Assembly (NCBI RefSeq): GCF_036588685.1
Contig: NC_086378.1
Coordinates: forward strand, 65,968,001 to 66,032,000
Source of the DNA: Mytilus trossulus
Taxonomy: Eukaryota
Reading direction: 5' to 3'
DNA: 64,000 bases
A program made the position numbers and the translations under genes. Under the pieces are notes generated by a model. That model saw only the letters and a list, made by a program, of their open reading frames with translations. It had not been told where the DNA came from and searched no databases. Of this stretch, positions 49,895 to 64,000 are shown one piece after another. Numbering within the stretch: the first letter of the stretch is position 1; every line of letters starts with the position of its first letter.

Positions 49895-50334
49895 TTTAAA
49901 GTGAAACTACTTGACATTTTTTTAAGGTTTGCATCAATTGAAAGAAGGCCATGAGCACCTGAGATCACCCCCAGTTTAGCGGGGTTAGTGTTGCTTAGTC
50001 TTTAGTTTTCTATGCTATGTCTTCTGTTCTATTATTTGTCTTTTTTTTCCTTTTTGCATTGACGTTGTCAGTTTGTTTTCAATCTATGATTCTGACTGTC
50101 CATCTTGTGTCTTTCGTCCCTCTTTAATGAACTTCCTTACTTCAGTTGGTTTCTATGTAATGTTTGAATTGGCTGCTGTTTGTCACTCTGATTGCCTTTT
50201 GTTGATAAAGTTTTACAATAAGTTTTATTCGCGTTTGACAAACAATGTTATCATAGATTTAAGAAGATGTTGTATGCGTGCCAATGAGGCAACTCTCCAG
50301 TCAAGCCTGATATCCTTGATGAATTTTACAGCCA

Positions 50335-50790
50335 CTAGGCCGCTAGCTGCCACTTCTAGTTGATGTTGCGTGTTCCGAGGGTTTTCCCAGCCAAGTAGTC
50401 ATAACGTTTGTGTTGCTATCAATATCATCGGTGGATACATTTTACTGTAAATTTACGCTTTATAAAATGTTCTAAACGCTGTTCAACCTGAAAGTTCAAA
50501 TTGCCACAACTATATTCGAAATTTTTAGGAAACGAATGTTTTTCAACTTCGTATTTGAGTTAGCCTTCCATCTGGTTTTTTTTTCAAGCATCACTGACGA
50601 GCCGTGTGCTGACGAAAAAGTCAAATAACAAAAAATTCCGAACTCAGAGGAAAATTGAAAACGGAAAGTCCATTTTGAAGTAGCAAAATTAAAAGTTTAA
50701 ACACATCAAACGAATGGATCGCAACTGTTATATACCTGACTGAGTACATGTATTTTCTTATGTAGAAAAAGAAACGCGCTTTGTAGTACA
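50335..50790 (+). repeat. Degenerate retrozyme copy whose hammerhead is split by another repeat (~50617-50770)
   Basis: GCATCA-CTGACGA-GCC..GAC-GAAA at 50588-50617, resuming as GAAACGCGC at 50771. The intervening sequence belongs to the AAAATACCGAACTCCGAGGAAAATTC family. Confidence 0.55.
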
Positions 50791-53700
50791 AAATAATTGG
50801 TCTGTTATTCTTTGATGGGCTTTTACAACAAACTTTTCGACGCCACTTACCCTGATCGTATCACCAAAATTGCTGTCAGCATTTGTGTTATCATGAAATG
50901 AAGTTTATAACTTACTTTTTCTGTAAGTTAACTGTTTACAAAATGTTGGATCATTCAAAACACTAAGATTTTTTCTACCCTAGTTTCTTGGTATTGTTTA
51001 AATGTATTGCTGTAAGGAATTATAGTCATTTTGTACCCCAAACTTAATGTACCCTGGCAATAGACATTTCGTACCTTGGCAAAAACCATTTCGTACCTCA
51101 TGGAATATGACGAAACGCGAATATGCCGGACAAAATTATAACCCTGATATCGTTGATAGAGTATTTACAACGACTGGATCGACACCAATGCTGATGGACG
51201 TGTCATCCATAGAAGTATTACCTAATATCAATTTACGAACATTTTGAATTATTCGAAACACTAAGGTTGTTTTCTGTCCTCATGTATAGATTTTTGTTTA
51301 CAAAGTTATACGCCTGTTATCCTTGATGAGTCTTTGTGCCTTTAATCGGCGTAAAATAAAAAAGAATATAAATGAATAGATTATCATCATTCTGATTATA
51401 ACAATGATTAGTCCAAAAGACATCAAGATTACAGTGATAATAGATTTTTATTTTCTTATCTATTTTCAACTTACATTTAAAATAAAACCACATACATATA
51501 GCTTCTGTTTGAAATATTATTGATATACTGTTGATTTTATTTATCAATAATGGGACGCTGCAAAAAAAAAAGAAATGCATCATACATTTTGCAGCAACGC
51601 TTTGAAATGATACGACAGGATACGATGCACTGTTATCATTAAAACAAGTACAACTGTATAAAAGCACTCTTGATAACAGCAATTCTAAACATATAAAAAT
51701 AGGGGGGAATATAAATAGAATGTCCTGAGTCTTGTTTTCTATGTTGTGTATGGTGTACTGTTGTTTGTCTTTTTATCTTTTCCCCTTTTTTGCCCTGACT
51801 TTGTGAGTTTATTTTTGATTTATGAGTTTGAATGTTCCTTTGGTTTTGGTTCTCTTTATCAGGGAAAAAAGTGTGCCAAGCTCTAAAGTGTATCGAGTCT
51901 ATTAAGCTTTAAATAAATTTAAAAATCTCAGCTAATTTCTTCAAACAAAACAATTCTAAGGAACAGAATTTTGATAAAATAATACACTTTATTATAAATA
52001 AAGAGATAAAGATAAGGATATAACTTATTCTTAACAGTATGACTTCCTATTTTTAATTTTTATCAAGAAAACATAAGGATGTTTCATTCATATTCATATT
52101 TGATAGGGTTTCGCAATAAAAGTACTCATGGAGCTTTCAATATTTCAACCGCAGGAAAACCGTCAGAAAGTAAAAAAAAAGCATATCAGAAAAGATATAG
52201 TAAAAACGAACAGATCTGTACGTGTAAATTTTAAAATGTCCTCCTTTTTATATGGGAGCCATCACGAAGGAGAAAAATCGTTGTCGCTGTAAAATTAACC
52301 GTCATTTACCATTATCCTTGTAGTTATTCTATGTAGACCATCACTTCTTTTCTAAAATTTTACAGATTCATATACTATCTCTGGTGTTGAGAAATGTATA
52401 TCTAGCACCTAGGTCGCTTACAAGTTTTATTTCATCATCGAATATCATACACCTCATTCACCCCTATAGTTTTATTTAGAGAGAGGTTTTGCTTTTGATT
52501 AGTTTTTCAGTGTTGTAATATATTTTAATGAATTAAAAATCAATTTTTAATATATGTGTTGTTTTCCTCAGCAAATTGTGTTTATCTATTCTCTTTTTTA
52601 ATTCAAACTTTCACTTTCGTAACGTTTTAGAGTGGAATGAACTACGAACTATTTGTATCGACAAAAACAACTGGCAGTAACATTTCATGCATTGTAACAT
52701 GTACCGTTGTTGACATCTATGACCAATAATTGAATCATAACACTCTAATATGTAAAATATAATAGAATCATCATTTTACCATAGATAACCTTATTGATAC
52801 GAATGTTTGACATCTATTATGCTAATCGTTTTGTCTTTTGTGAAAATGATACACATGGGAAAATAGGTGGGTACATATCGTGTAGATTTAATCTCAAGAA
52901 TTCAATAAAGTGATTATGTCGAGAAATTATTTACAACTAGGCGCAGGTAGAGATCTTATTGTTAATAATTTCAACGACTAAATTGGAAAATAACAAAATA
53001 ACCTTTAATCAAATAGAGATGACAAACTCCTCTATTTACACTTCAGTGGATAAACAGAATGAGTGTCTGTACAAGATTGTTAAAACAGCTTATCACCACA
53101 CTTGAAATGGACATCGCACGCTATGACAGTCGTCTGCCACGCGACCGCCATTACTCCGGCACGTGGCTATTTTGAAATGTCCTCTTTTTCACTAAGGGAG
53201 CCATCACGAAGGAGAAAATCGCTGTGAAATTCAAATCTGCAGAACTTTGGAACATTATTCTTTTTAAAATCAATCCTTTTAATGCTATTTTTACATATAA
53301 ATGACTTCATGTGGTTATCGGTTGACTGGACATAGGTTTTGACCGCTGAGTATTATGAAAGGTTTGAAATTTTTCTTCGTCTTGCTTATTCCCACTTAGT
53401 TAAGCTTTATTCATTCAATTTCACTTAAGCTTGAAATTCCGTTTTAACTTTAATAAATCCACTTTATAAAAACAATATATCATTTCAAATGAAAATCCAA
53501 CACGTAGGACATTGTTATTTACGGATTGTTGTTTTCACCTCATGCATTTATGGTAAAAAATGGAAACTGTTAACCGTTATTTATTATTTTAAAAAAACAA
53601 AAAACATGCGAAACGTGATGTCATATTTTTTTCTACATTCGAAAATTCATTGGAATTTAAAAATTTGATCTAAATACGAAATTGCCTGAAAAAAGTCTAT

Positions 53701-56700
53701 ACATCAAAAAAAAAAAAAATCCGTATCAAACTCAAAATCAATTATCACTTCAAAAGGATGTTTCAATTGAATTATGAGCTTTTGTTTTGAGTCGATTATT
53801 TAACGGAGCATTCTAAATCACAAGCACTTTCACAACATCGTACACTTAGAGTAACTAGCATGTGTATTGCATTTTTTTTATTGAATCGACTATAAATGAG
53901 TGCATTATTGCAACAGATTTAAGTAGAGAATATATATAAAAATCTCCGTAAACAATGACCTACCACGCAAAAAAAGGACATTAAATGATTTATAATTGGA
54001 ATTGCGTTTGGTCTTCACGAATAATGTCCAATCATTTCATTTTTTGTTAAGAATGTCCATACATGTAAGAGTAATAAGAACTCAAACATGTAAGTGATAA
54101 AATAAAACACTAAGTTACGTAATAAAATTGAAACTGTTCTTCGTGACTTTGGTATGACGTTATCAATAAAATTATTAACAGTAAGTGTCCTTTATGTACA
54201 TATGTTCGGAATCAAGAAACTCCTTATATTTCATTTCTCGCAGTTTATATGGGGAAATATATGTGTGTATTCGTGTGTGAAGTCAATGCATTGACTCTTT
54301 ATACATTTACCATTACATATTGCAAAAGAGCGTGAATATGTAAAAAATGGCACTAAACAATGGTCCGAAGTAGAATGCTATTCCATTTTAGTGGTACATG
54401 AAAACTTTGTAGTCGTTTCATTTTAAAACTGTTCTTTTCTGATGTCTAAGTTCCGTTGGCTCGTTCTTATATATGTATTTATTTGAATATTCTTCAATTG
54501 GTTCGATGTGCGCGTGTTTGCAGACAAGTTTGGGATTTTAAATGAATGTCATTTTTTTCATTACTGAAAAAGACTTTTTAATTAGGGACACCGTATAGAT
54601 ATCGTAAATTGGTCAAACCCTATGGATATGAAATACGATTTGTCAAACAGACACTTGGTTAGTTTAAACATATTTTATTTGCTGAATTAAAGCAAAATGG
54701 ATTAGACACAAGTAAATCATACTTATGAAGTCTTTTCCATAATACAATATCAAGTTACAATAACAGTATAATATAATGGACATGCATATAAAACAAACAG
54801 TTTATACAATATAAAACTAGCTTTCATAGGTGAACAAAGAGGAGACAAAGTAAAAAAGGAAAAAGAAAGTTTGAAAAATCGTATACTTCTGTGACGATGA
54901 CTTGTGGATTGATGACAACGATGACGTCCTGTGACAGCAATAATAATAACGCTCTATCTAGACACTTGGTTATGAAACAAGGGGCAACTAAACCCATAAT
55001 TGAATACAAAATAGATTTTTTTTATTTACCAAATTAGGGCCCAGGAGGGCATATAGCATACAAACAGTATTTTTATAAAAAAAAAAAAAAAAACCCAATA
55101 TACAATACACAGACAATAGATATTTAAGTAATAACATGTGTATTGAAATAAAATAAAATGAAATATAATAAAACTACAGACAAACATACACAGACAACAT
55201 CATTTTATAAACAGTTAAAGACGATCAGAATAATAAGCATTATATTGGAGGTGATGTGATCTTATGCTTTATTGAAATTGTATTCCTTATGTACCAGGTC
55301 AACATGAAAGGATATGATTCTAGGACTGGTCTAATAAAATAAAAAAATGAATAGGGGCACGTCTAATGATATAAAATACGCCATGTCTGGCATACCACTA
55401 AACCCGTATACCTGGTATAAATCTGTCCTGTATTATGCAAAATCTCCAGCTCGACATTATAAAGTTACGAGAAATATCTGACAAATAAAAAAAGGTATGA
55501 ATTCATTAGAACTTTAATCATAAATAAAAATTCCATTAATTGAATTTTCTGACAGAAAATTTTCATTTATAATCATTCACCTATTACTTGTTAATATAAA
55601 TTATAATTTCTACACATTCGCAGCCGCGGTGACCCGTAAATCAGTTAGAACGAAGTGTGGCGGTCACAATAAAATCTTATTTATTAGAAGTATCATTTAT
55701 TATCAAAATTAAAACTGTTCATATTACAATTATTTATATTAGAGTTCGTATTCACTTACAAAATAATTCTGCACCTTGCACTTCTGTGTTCTTTTTCATT
55801 TCAGTGTCAATAGCCTCGTCTTAGAAACGGCACGCGCCATTGCGTGACCTATGACTTATCATTTGTGATTCTGCGTCCATGTCACATGTCAGAACTATAC
55901 AGTGGTATAATTACCACCGAGTCCATTATATTGTGATCACAACTCTTCATGGCACTCGATTCCTAATAAGACAGATAGCAACTGAGGCGAAAACGTCATA
56001 ATTCCAAACGATATATTTATTCCTTGACCAGACTCTAATCACCCATTAAACGCTAACTTTGTAAACCAAATGAAATAACAAAACTAAGTAAATGATACAC
56101 GCGAATGTATAATTTGTTTGACAATTAAGCAACTTTAACAAATTCGATTTAATGGCCTTGTTACGATAATTATAAATGCGTATAAACATATGTTCTAAAA
56201 TAATTGACAAATAGAGTCTATAAAATTCATTTTGAGTAAATTTTGTGCATTTATAAGTTAATGTTTACGAATTTATTATATTTTGTTTTGAAATAAGGAA
56301 AAATTACTTGTCGTTTTATGTCGAATATTAAAAATACTTCAAAAACTGTGTCGTTCTTTTTCCTGTATAAATGTTTTACATTTTGTTATATCAGTGTCTT
56401 TTATAGCTCGCTATCGGTGCTTTGCTTTTGCGCCAATAGGCCTTTCATTTTCGCAAAACAAACCTTTCATTTGCCCCACAAACCATATTTCATTTGCGCT
56501 AATACAGGTATTTTAAATACCATTTTTGTTTTTAGAAAAACACTTTATCGCTATACGGTATGGGTTGTCCTCGTTGAGAAAGGTCGTATGCAGTCCATAA
56601 TAGAAAATAACAACTCCACCAATGGTGGCGGATTGATATATGGAAAATCGGATATTAATCTATACTATGGTTGAAAGCAGCTTTATATTTTACGAATAAT

Positions 56701-56810
56701 TTGAATGATGAGAGACAACTGTCATAATGTTAACAAAATTCTTTCAGTTGAACTATGAAATGTAAAGAACCAAAACTGATTATTTTAGCCAGTTTATGTC
56801 GTATAAGATA

Positions 56811-57480
56811 GAAGATGTGGTATGAATGCCAATGAGACAACTCTCCACAAGAGACCAAATAACACAAAAAATATCAACTAAAGGTCACCGTATGGCCTGC
56901 AACAATGAACAAAGGCCATAGTCAGCTATAAAAGGCCCCGAAATGACAAATGTAAAACAATTCAAACGAGAAAACTAACTGCCTAACTCATGTACAAAAA
57001 AAAATGAACGAAAAAAAAATATGTAACACTCAAACAAACGACAACCACTGAATGACATGCTCCTGACATGGGACAGACACAAACATACAGAATGTGACAG
57101 GGTTAAACATGTTAGTGGGATCCCAACCCTCCTCTTACCCTGAGACAGTGGTGTTCCAGTACAACATAATAACGAACAATTAAAATCGGTTGAAAAAGGC
57201 TTAACTCATCAAATAGATACAAATAGAAATTCATCTAACAAGAAATACATCTAACATAAACTCAGAGTGGACGTGGCCGGGTACTTGTATATCCCAACAA
57301 CAAAACGACACTAAGAACAGCTATTTCAAAGCCACAAACAACCAATTAAAAAATCATGCATCTAAGACTAAATCATCAATCAGTACACACCCAACATCCA
57401 ATGGATTTAGCGTAAGGACGTCATGAACAATAAGAGAAAAAACATGACTTTTGCAATCCAAGATACAGCTATCGACAGAT
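56811..57480 (+). repeat. Long copy of the AAGATGTGGTATG...GAGACAACTCTC interspersed repeat
   Basis: The first ~200 bp match 22030-22230. Confidence 0.7.
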
Positions 57481-60400
57481 TATATATATTTTAAAGTGAT
57501 TTTTTACTGTATAGATTTATAGATTCTGATTCAGACGTTGCCATATTGTGTAACAAACGGTTCAATGTTTTTTTTTTATTTTGTTGTTAGGTTGCTGTAT
57601 CATTGTTGTAAATACTCACATGTCTCTCAATTATGCGGTACGTCATGTTTGATTACTTATGTTGTAAAACTCTAATATCACGCATACTTACATGTTGTTA
57701 TTTATTTCCTAAAATAAATAGTTTTAATTGAATTTCAAGTCTAAAATATTGAGATGCTTTATGCTTACCCATGAACAACTTTTGACCAAAGACCCAAGAA
57801 CACAAATATGCACAACAATAAGTCACCGTACTACATACCGTGAATTATGAGTAAAACCCATACAGTATCACGGTGGGTATGGTTGTCCTGCGAAGAACGT
57901 TCCGTGCTGGTGATTTGGTCCTGTCAGGTGCTGGTGGGTTTGTTTACATTGTAGCAGAACTGCAATAAAACGACTGTTTCGTTGCTTAATTTTTTTCTGA
58001 TGCGTCATAAGTACCATGAAAAGTATATTTCAACAATATTATATTGCAAAAGTCGTGTAAGTTCGTTAAACGGAATTGTCCTGACACTGTGCTGGTGATT
58101 AGAAAAACGGTCCTGGTTCTGTGCTCCGATGTCCTGGTTCTGTGCCTTTATATTTAAGTTAAAAGTGGCATATATTCAAGATCATTGTTGCTGTACTGTT
58201 ATTGACTAATTAACTGTTGTCTGCTTTCTTGAAATTGACATTGTTGTGAATCTGTTTACTATTATTATGAGAGAAAAAATACCCCTATTTTTTTTTTTAA
58301 ATTAACTGTAATCTTATTTATTGGCCTGTTAATGGAACCCTTTTTGCCCCCTTTTTAGATAAAAAAAATATGTCTACGATTTGCGGGATAACGATCATTT
58401 TGCAAGATCACCAAAATACGTTGTAATTTATACAATACTTATATAAAGTAGATGATGTGGTATGTTTGTTGTCAATGAACACATTTCCATATTAAGAAAC
58501 CAAAGGAAGTATGTGTTAACAACCATACGTCATCGTACGACCTTCAACAATAACCCATAAAATAAAAATGTAAAAGGTTTTGAATAAAAATGGAGAGGAA
58601 AAATATAGAACATAGGACTTTCTGAGCGTTTGATTCATATGTCTTAAGCAGCTTAAAACACATGTGTTTGTGAACAATTGAGTGTTGACTATAAGAATGA
58701 CAATAGTATTGCGGGTTTGTTTGTTTGGGGTTGTTTTTTTTTTGTTTTTTTTTTTTTGGGGGGGGGGGGTAGTTAGAGAGGTGAACAGTGAAAGTTTTAA
58801 GCTTGGAATAGTTACCCGTAAGACTTAAATCTTATAGCTATTAAGAATCACTTAATTTTTTTTGTCTGAACGGTTATCAGGTATTTTTTTTTCGAAAGTT
58901 CGATTGAACACTAAAAAAAAAAATCACTATTTTATGAAAGGGCAGACTAGAATATGTCAGAAAATGAAGACGAGATAACCTAGAGAACACTAGCAAAACT
59001 AAGATTTCTTAGCTTTTTAACATCAAAATTCCAAAATAAATAAATATTTTTGATAAAAAATTACAGGGGAGGAAGTGAACAATGTGTCCTACTTTTCTAT
59101 ATTTAAATATTTTTATGAATAAAAATCAAAAGTGTCTTAATTATAATTGAAAATGAGTAAATTGAAAAAACACACTTTTATTTAAATATTGGTAATATCA
59201 CTAAGCTTTTAAGTTTTGTGTGTGTCAAACACACCATCTCTGTAGTAATGACTCCTTTCTAATATATTTCACTTCATCCATTTTTTTTCCTGCATTTTAT
59301 TATATTATTGTGAATTCTTAGTATTATTATATTAAAATGTAGCCTTAATTTATATTTTAAAAAGCTGAATCTAAAGCCAGATATATCATATGAATCCATC
59401 TATCCGTTTTCAGGACTGGCACAATCAACGTAAACACGCCTGGAAAGTAAAATGCGTACTCGGCTGCCTGTAATCGACCATCTTTCGACACCCTCCTAAA
59501 AAAGCCGGGGTGGGGGTTTCAGAGATGCAAATTAAGTACTTAGATCAATATTTTATCTTTTCGTGTATGGTTTATGACCCCTTCTGTGGCCTGTCAATTA
59601 CGAAATGTGCAAACTGCAATTGTATCAAAACAGCACAGACAATGAGTAATGTTGTCTCTTTGACACATTTCCCATTTCCATTCTCAATTTTATATAATTT
59701 TGTACATATCAAGGGGAAACTTCTTGCAAAGCATTATTATTTATAGTTCATTATTGTATTTAGTAGAAAAAGAGAATTTAGTGAAAAATTCACAGACCTT
59801 TGTACAGAGATGTTTGTTATGTTTAGCATGGGATCAACACAAAGGGTACATTATCATTAAAAATCTATTTAAAAGTATTTGAAACTAACGTTTGCTTTGT
59901 TAATTGTGCCTTCAATTTCAAAAATAAAAATATCTCGTAGCTTCATACTACCAATTGAGTTTAAAACAAGTATATAAGTTTAAAAAAGAAATTTTTAGAT
60001 TAAACACTTACATTTTACGTAAAAAGGTCATAACAGTTTAAAACAATACAAATCTACACACACACAAAAACTGGCTTAATTTCAACTTGTTATCAACCCG
60101 AATTGCTATAAGATCATATATAAGCTCACCTGTGTCGAGGGGTCGTGTGAGGTTCATTTATTGTCTTGGCGTCCGCAATTACAAAAAGATCTTTTCTGAA
60201 ATTACTTGACCAAACGTTACCAAATGATTTTTCAAGATTTAATCTAAGGAAAACAATATTCATCAACAAACATGACCACTGTCTGTTAAAATGTATTCGA
60301 GCTTTTAGTTACAGCCGATTCCATTGAGTATGTAGGCAAATGTAATATATTTGGTTAGCTTGTTTCTTAGCTAAACTGTGAAGTCATTGTTTGGTAAGGT

Positions 60401-62054
60401 TTACTACCCTCCTTTCGAAGTAGCCTGGTCCTACAGACAGAAAGATGTGTCATTTGTCGAACTAGTCTACTCTTAAAGTAGGGTAGCTTACATAACCTAA
60501 CAACGACTTTTCTGTTCAGCAAGCAAGATAACCAAAGATATTCCCTTTGTCTACATACTCATTAAAATCGGTTTTAATATTGCAAAAGTACAAGCAATTA
60601 GGGCAAAACTTACCGAGTAAAAAAAATCAAAATGTGTATCTACCTTGCACATTTCAGAAAATTCAGATCAGATAACGAAACTGGGTCCAAAAATACCAGT
60701 TGCAGCCTTTTGTTTATCTATTAATATATGTATACGGATAAAGTTATGAAAGGCAGCAGGGTCACCAGGGTGAGGAGTCCATGTCATCTGAAATACATTT
60801 TTTTTTTGTAAATGCTAAGCATAGATCTAGAAAGCGACAGATAATCATGACATTAAAAAAACTCTCTTCTTTTCGACTTTATTCGAAAAATTGACACATA
60901 AAATGAATTATATAGTATTGTGGATTTTTTAACTTGTGTTCAATTCATTGGTTACACCATTTACTAGGATAACAATCCTGTCAAGTATGAGCTGGGTAAA
61001 ATATTTCAGAAAAGAAGATGGAAATGTGAAAGTTTCCGTGCGTCAGGTACAACAGCATACGAACAGCTAACACGCCTCGTCAGGGTGGAAGCTAAAAAGT
61101 CCACCGATAATTTGATTTAAACCTTTATTCGTTCCAACAAAGTTATTGAGATTTTGTTGAGGATTTAACCATCTACGACAACAATTTTTTTTTTTTAGAA
61201 TTTACAGCTCTTCTATAAATATATGCAAAGCAAACCATTGATTAAATTGCTTTCTATGATTGTTTGGATGTTTGTAAACGACAGGTAAGTAGTCTGTTTA
61301 CTATATATACTAGAATTTGTTTGGACAATAAACATTAACTTCAATTCCTGTCAGTTTGTATTTGTCCAATCAAATCCCAGTATCTATTAGTTGAGAATGC
61401 GGTTTTGAACTAGATTTCAGTACCTGCGAGCATTCGTTGTTCAATAATGTGCGTCTTTGTGTTATTATTTTATGTGATAAATTGTTGTGTTTGTACACCA
61501 CTGTAACAATGAAAGAGGAAATGAGGAGGGTTGGTTGGGTGGAAGTGGGGAGGGGTATGTAGCATATTGGACTGATGATATCTGGAGCATAATTTGAACC
61601 ATGATACTTGTAGCATATTGGACTGATGATATTGCATATTCAGTTGTCAAACTAGTCAGTGATAGATGGCATTAGATAAACCCTTAGCTGAATTTGGTTA
61701 AAACTCTTTTTGTCCCTTTGGTTATTTAGATCATAACGTGTCTACGTATTCGTATATTCCTGACTTTAACATGTGAGAGTTAGATTGTTGCCGATGTATG
61801 TAAATCGAAATAAGCGCTTCCTGATAAAACATGAACTGTACCAAAGTGACCAAACCACCAGTTGAGGTTTTGAAGACAATAAAGCCAATCGACTGGTGCA
61901 CCATGAGCTATTTAACGACGTAAACCGAGCCGATGACAGCACTTGATTGCAGTTCTAACGAGTAATATTTGTTCTTGTATTTCTGTGTTTCCTTCGTTAT
62001 TATGTTATATGACTCAATCACTTTATTTATGTTTCTTTATCTTTAAATTGATTA

Positions 62055-62285
62055 ATGATTGGTTGTTTGTGGATAGTTCCACATTTATCAGTTTTTATTG
62101 GTAGAGGAAACCGGAGTTCATATTTATACAAAACGGGCTTTGGCATGAAAACTGGAAAACTAAGTCAATCAAGATTGAAGTTCAACGAATCTGCCACGAG
62201 CGGGGTTCGAACTCACAACATCAGTGTTGACAGGCTATCGACCACTTTAGAGAAACTTCTTACATTATTCGATCACGCACGCCCT
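62055..62285 (-). mobile_element. Degenerate tRNA-derived SINE
   Basis: B-box-like GAGTTCGAACCCCG on the minus strand (~62202-62215), followed by a body containing CTCCGGTTTCCTCTACCAATAAAAACTG. Confidence 0.55.
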
Positions 62286-62740
62286 AGAATCGTCTTTAAA
62301 AGGTGTGCTATGTAACTTTCTCAGACTATACAAGTCAGTACAGTGTAAAACATTACGGTACTAATGTAACTTTTCCAAACGAGCATTTAGACAATAAATA
62401 ACTGTTCAATGATTCACAAAGCCAAAAGAAAAAAACCCAAACTAGTAATCAATCATAAAGTAAAATATAAAAACAAACGTAACTTTTTTTGATTTTTTGT
62501 TCTTGGGACTGCCCGATTAAAAGGCAACTAAATAAGATAAGAGATATTCTGAGGACTAGTTTTTTTGCTAGAATGGAAGGAATTTTATTTATTATGTACT
62601 TTTATAATTCGCTAATTAACGCTATTAACTATTTACATTTCCATTGGCTTTAATCGAGGAACTTTAAAAGAAAAAAACGTTTTGTGCGAATTAAGTTTTT
62701 TGTTTAAAACACAAACGAATGCTGGCCGAGCTATGTAATA

Positions 62741-62980
62741 CAGGTGTACAGTTATTCATGATGTACACAGGTGCACGGTTATACATCATGTACACGGTGT
62801 ACGGTTATACATGATGTCCACAGGTGTACAGTTATTCATGATGTACACAGGTGCACGGTTATACATCATGTACACGGTGTACGGTTATACATGATGTTCA
62901 CAGGTGCACGGTTATACATGATGTACACATTTGTGCGGTTATACAAAATGTACACAGGTGCACGGTTATTCACGATGTAA
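62741..62980 (+). repeat. Minisatellite, ~9 units of 26-27 bp (CAGGTGYACRGTTATWCATGATGTACA)
   Basis: Direct tandem units, with an 80-bp higher-order repeat (62741-62820 / 62821-62900). Confidence 0.9.
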
Positions 62981-63449
62981 ATAGGTCTCAAACAACCATT
63001 ATAACCTACGTGCTTCTTATTCCACTGAAGTAAAACCTAGTATATAAAACCGATCTTGAAACATGGAAACACATTTAGTTTATCCTTTAAATGCAAACGA
63101 TTCAATTTTGACTTTTACATGTAATGAAAGATTTCCGGACGAGAAGACAAGAAATGCAAATATTTTTCATGTAAGTCTTCTACCGTCTAAATAACTTGTA
63201 ATTCTTAAATATATTAACTTCGCATTAAAATTTATTATGTTCGCCGGTAAACATCACTTTACTGCAGACATATCATCAGGAGTTTAACTGGTTCCGTTGT
63301 TTTAAGTTTTAATTTCTTTTTGTACATCATTCTATCTCCCAAACGCCAATTATATGTCGCTTACCTTATTTCTTTGACGGTAAAATTACTCTTACTTCTT
63401 ATCTATAAACAAGACGAGGAAAACGTCGCGGATATTTTAATGGCCGGTG

Positions 63450-63712
63450 ATGACAGGAAGTTCCCTGTGTGTCCGGAAGTTGCGCTGATTACGTTTGAAA
63501 ACCTTAATGTAGCTAATGGCTTGTGATGTTATATGACAGGCAGTTCGAAAATAATCAATCATAGCTTTACGTCCTTTTGTAGACACGTGTATCCGCCATT
63601 TCCTTTCTAACAAGTTCAGTACACGCAAGTTTACCATTATATAGGATTTTCTTAGAAAATATGAATATTCTTTATGTTTTGGGATGAAAGCACATCATAA
63701 AACCGCCATTAA
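63450..63712. promoter_or_regulatory. Possible promoter region (ETS- and YY1-like motifs)
   Basis: CAGGAAGT and CCGGAAGT at ~63454-63479; CCGCCATT at ~63593 and ~63703; locally higher CpG. No gene could be assigned. Confidence 0.25.
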
Positions 63713-64000
63713 AAGACTAATGACCACTTACTTTGAAGCTAATAAAGTACAACACAGTCTCTAAAAAAATAGTTCATCTACTGCAACAGGTCACAACGTG
63801 ATGTGCCCGTCATTCTTCAGTTATTAATTTATCAAATCTTAGGTCTATTAATAAATCAACTATCAAGTCTACATTGTGACTTGGATGGCGAATTGTTTTA
63901 TTAACACTCATTCCACATTCCCTTATTTCTTTGTAAGGTAAAACATTATAATATCGGTATAAGACAGAATTTATAACCTCACAAGGATTCGTTTTACACA

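Noticed and set aside
54824-55009. 61-aa ORF with hydrophobic C-terminus
   Set aside because: Non-ATG start, hydrophobicity explained by T-rich sequence, no supporting exons.
61420-61650. Possible minus-strand exon and a 24-bp direct repeat
   Set aside because: Acceptor- and donor-like sites exist, but there are no partner exons or recognisable protein; unsupported.

Overview
AT-rich eukaryotic (metazoan) genomic DNA. The repeat families and gene types suggest a bivalve such as Mytilus; this is inference. Host genes: one intronless RING-less double-B-box/coiled-coil/beta-propeller TRIM-like gene (7281-8975), and three spliced type-I membrane proteins with PPxY motifs that the ORF track misses. 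These are two tandem-duplicated ~120-aa mini-adaptors (14069-22390; 31419-36981) and a 464-aa Shisa-like protein (41923-45883). The main mobile element is a young, nearly intact tyrosine-recombinase retrotransposon with split direct repeats (PAT/Ngaro architecture, ~23204-28271, minus strand). It shows signs of a spliced recombinase mRNA and has four covarying RNA hairpins with AAG/AAG internal loops between pol and the recombinase. Also present: a ~355-bp tandem hammerhead-ribozyme repeat (retrozyme) and several dispersed hammerheads, a 2.46-kb long-TIR DNA element, palindromic MITEs, TTAA-type MITEs, a SINE remnant and many interspersed repeats. A segmental duplication (~9530-28520 vs ~29830-37900) supplies empty sites for several insertions. 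Coordinates were counted by hand, and repeat ends are approximate.
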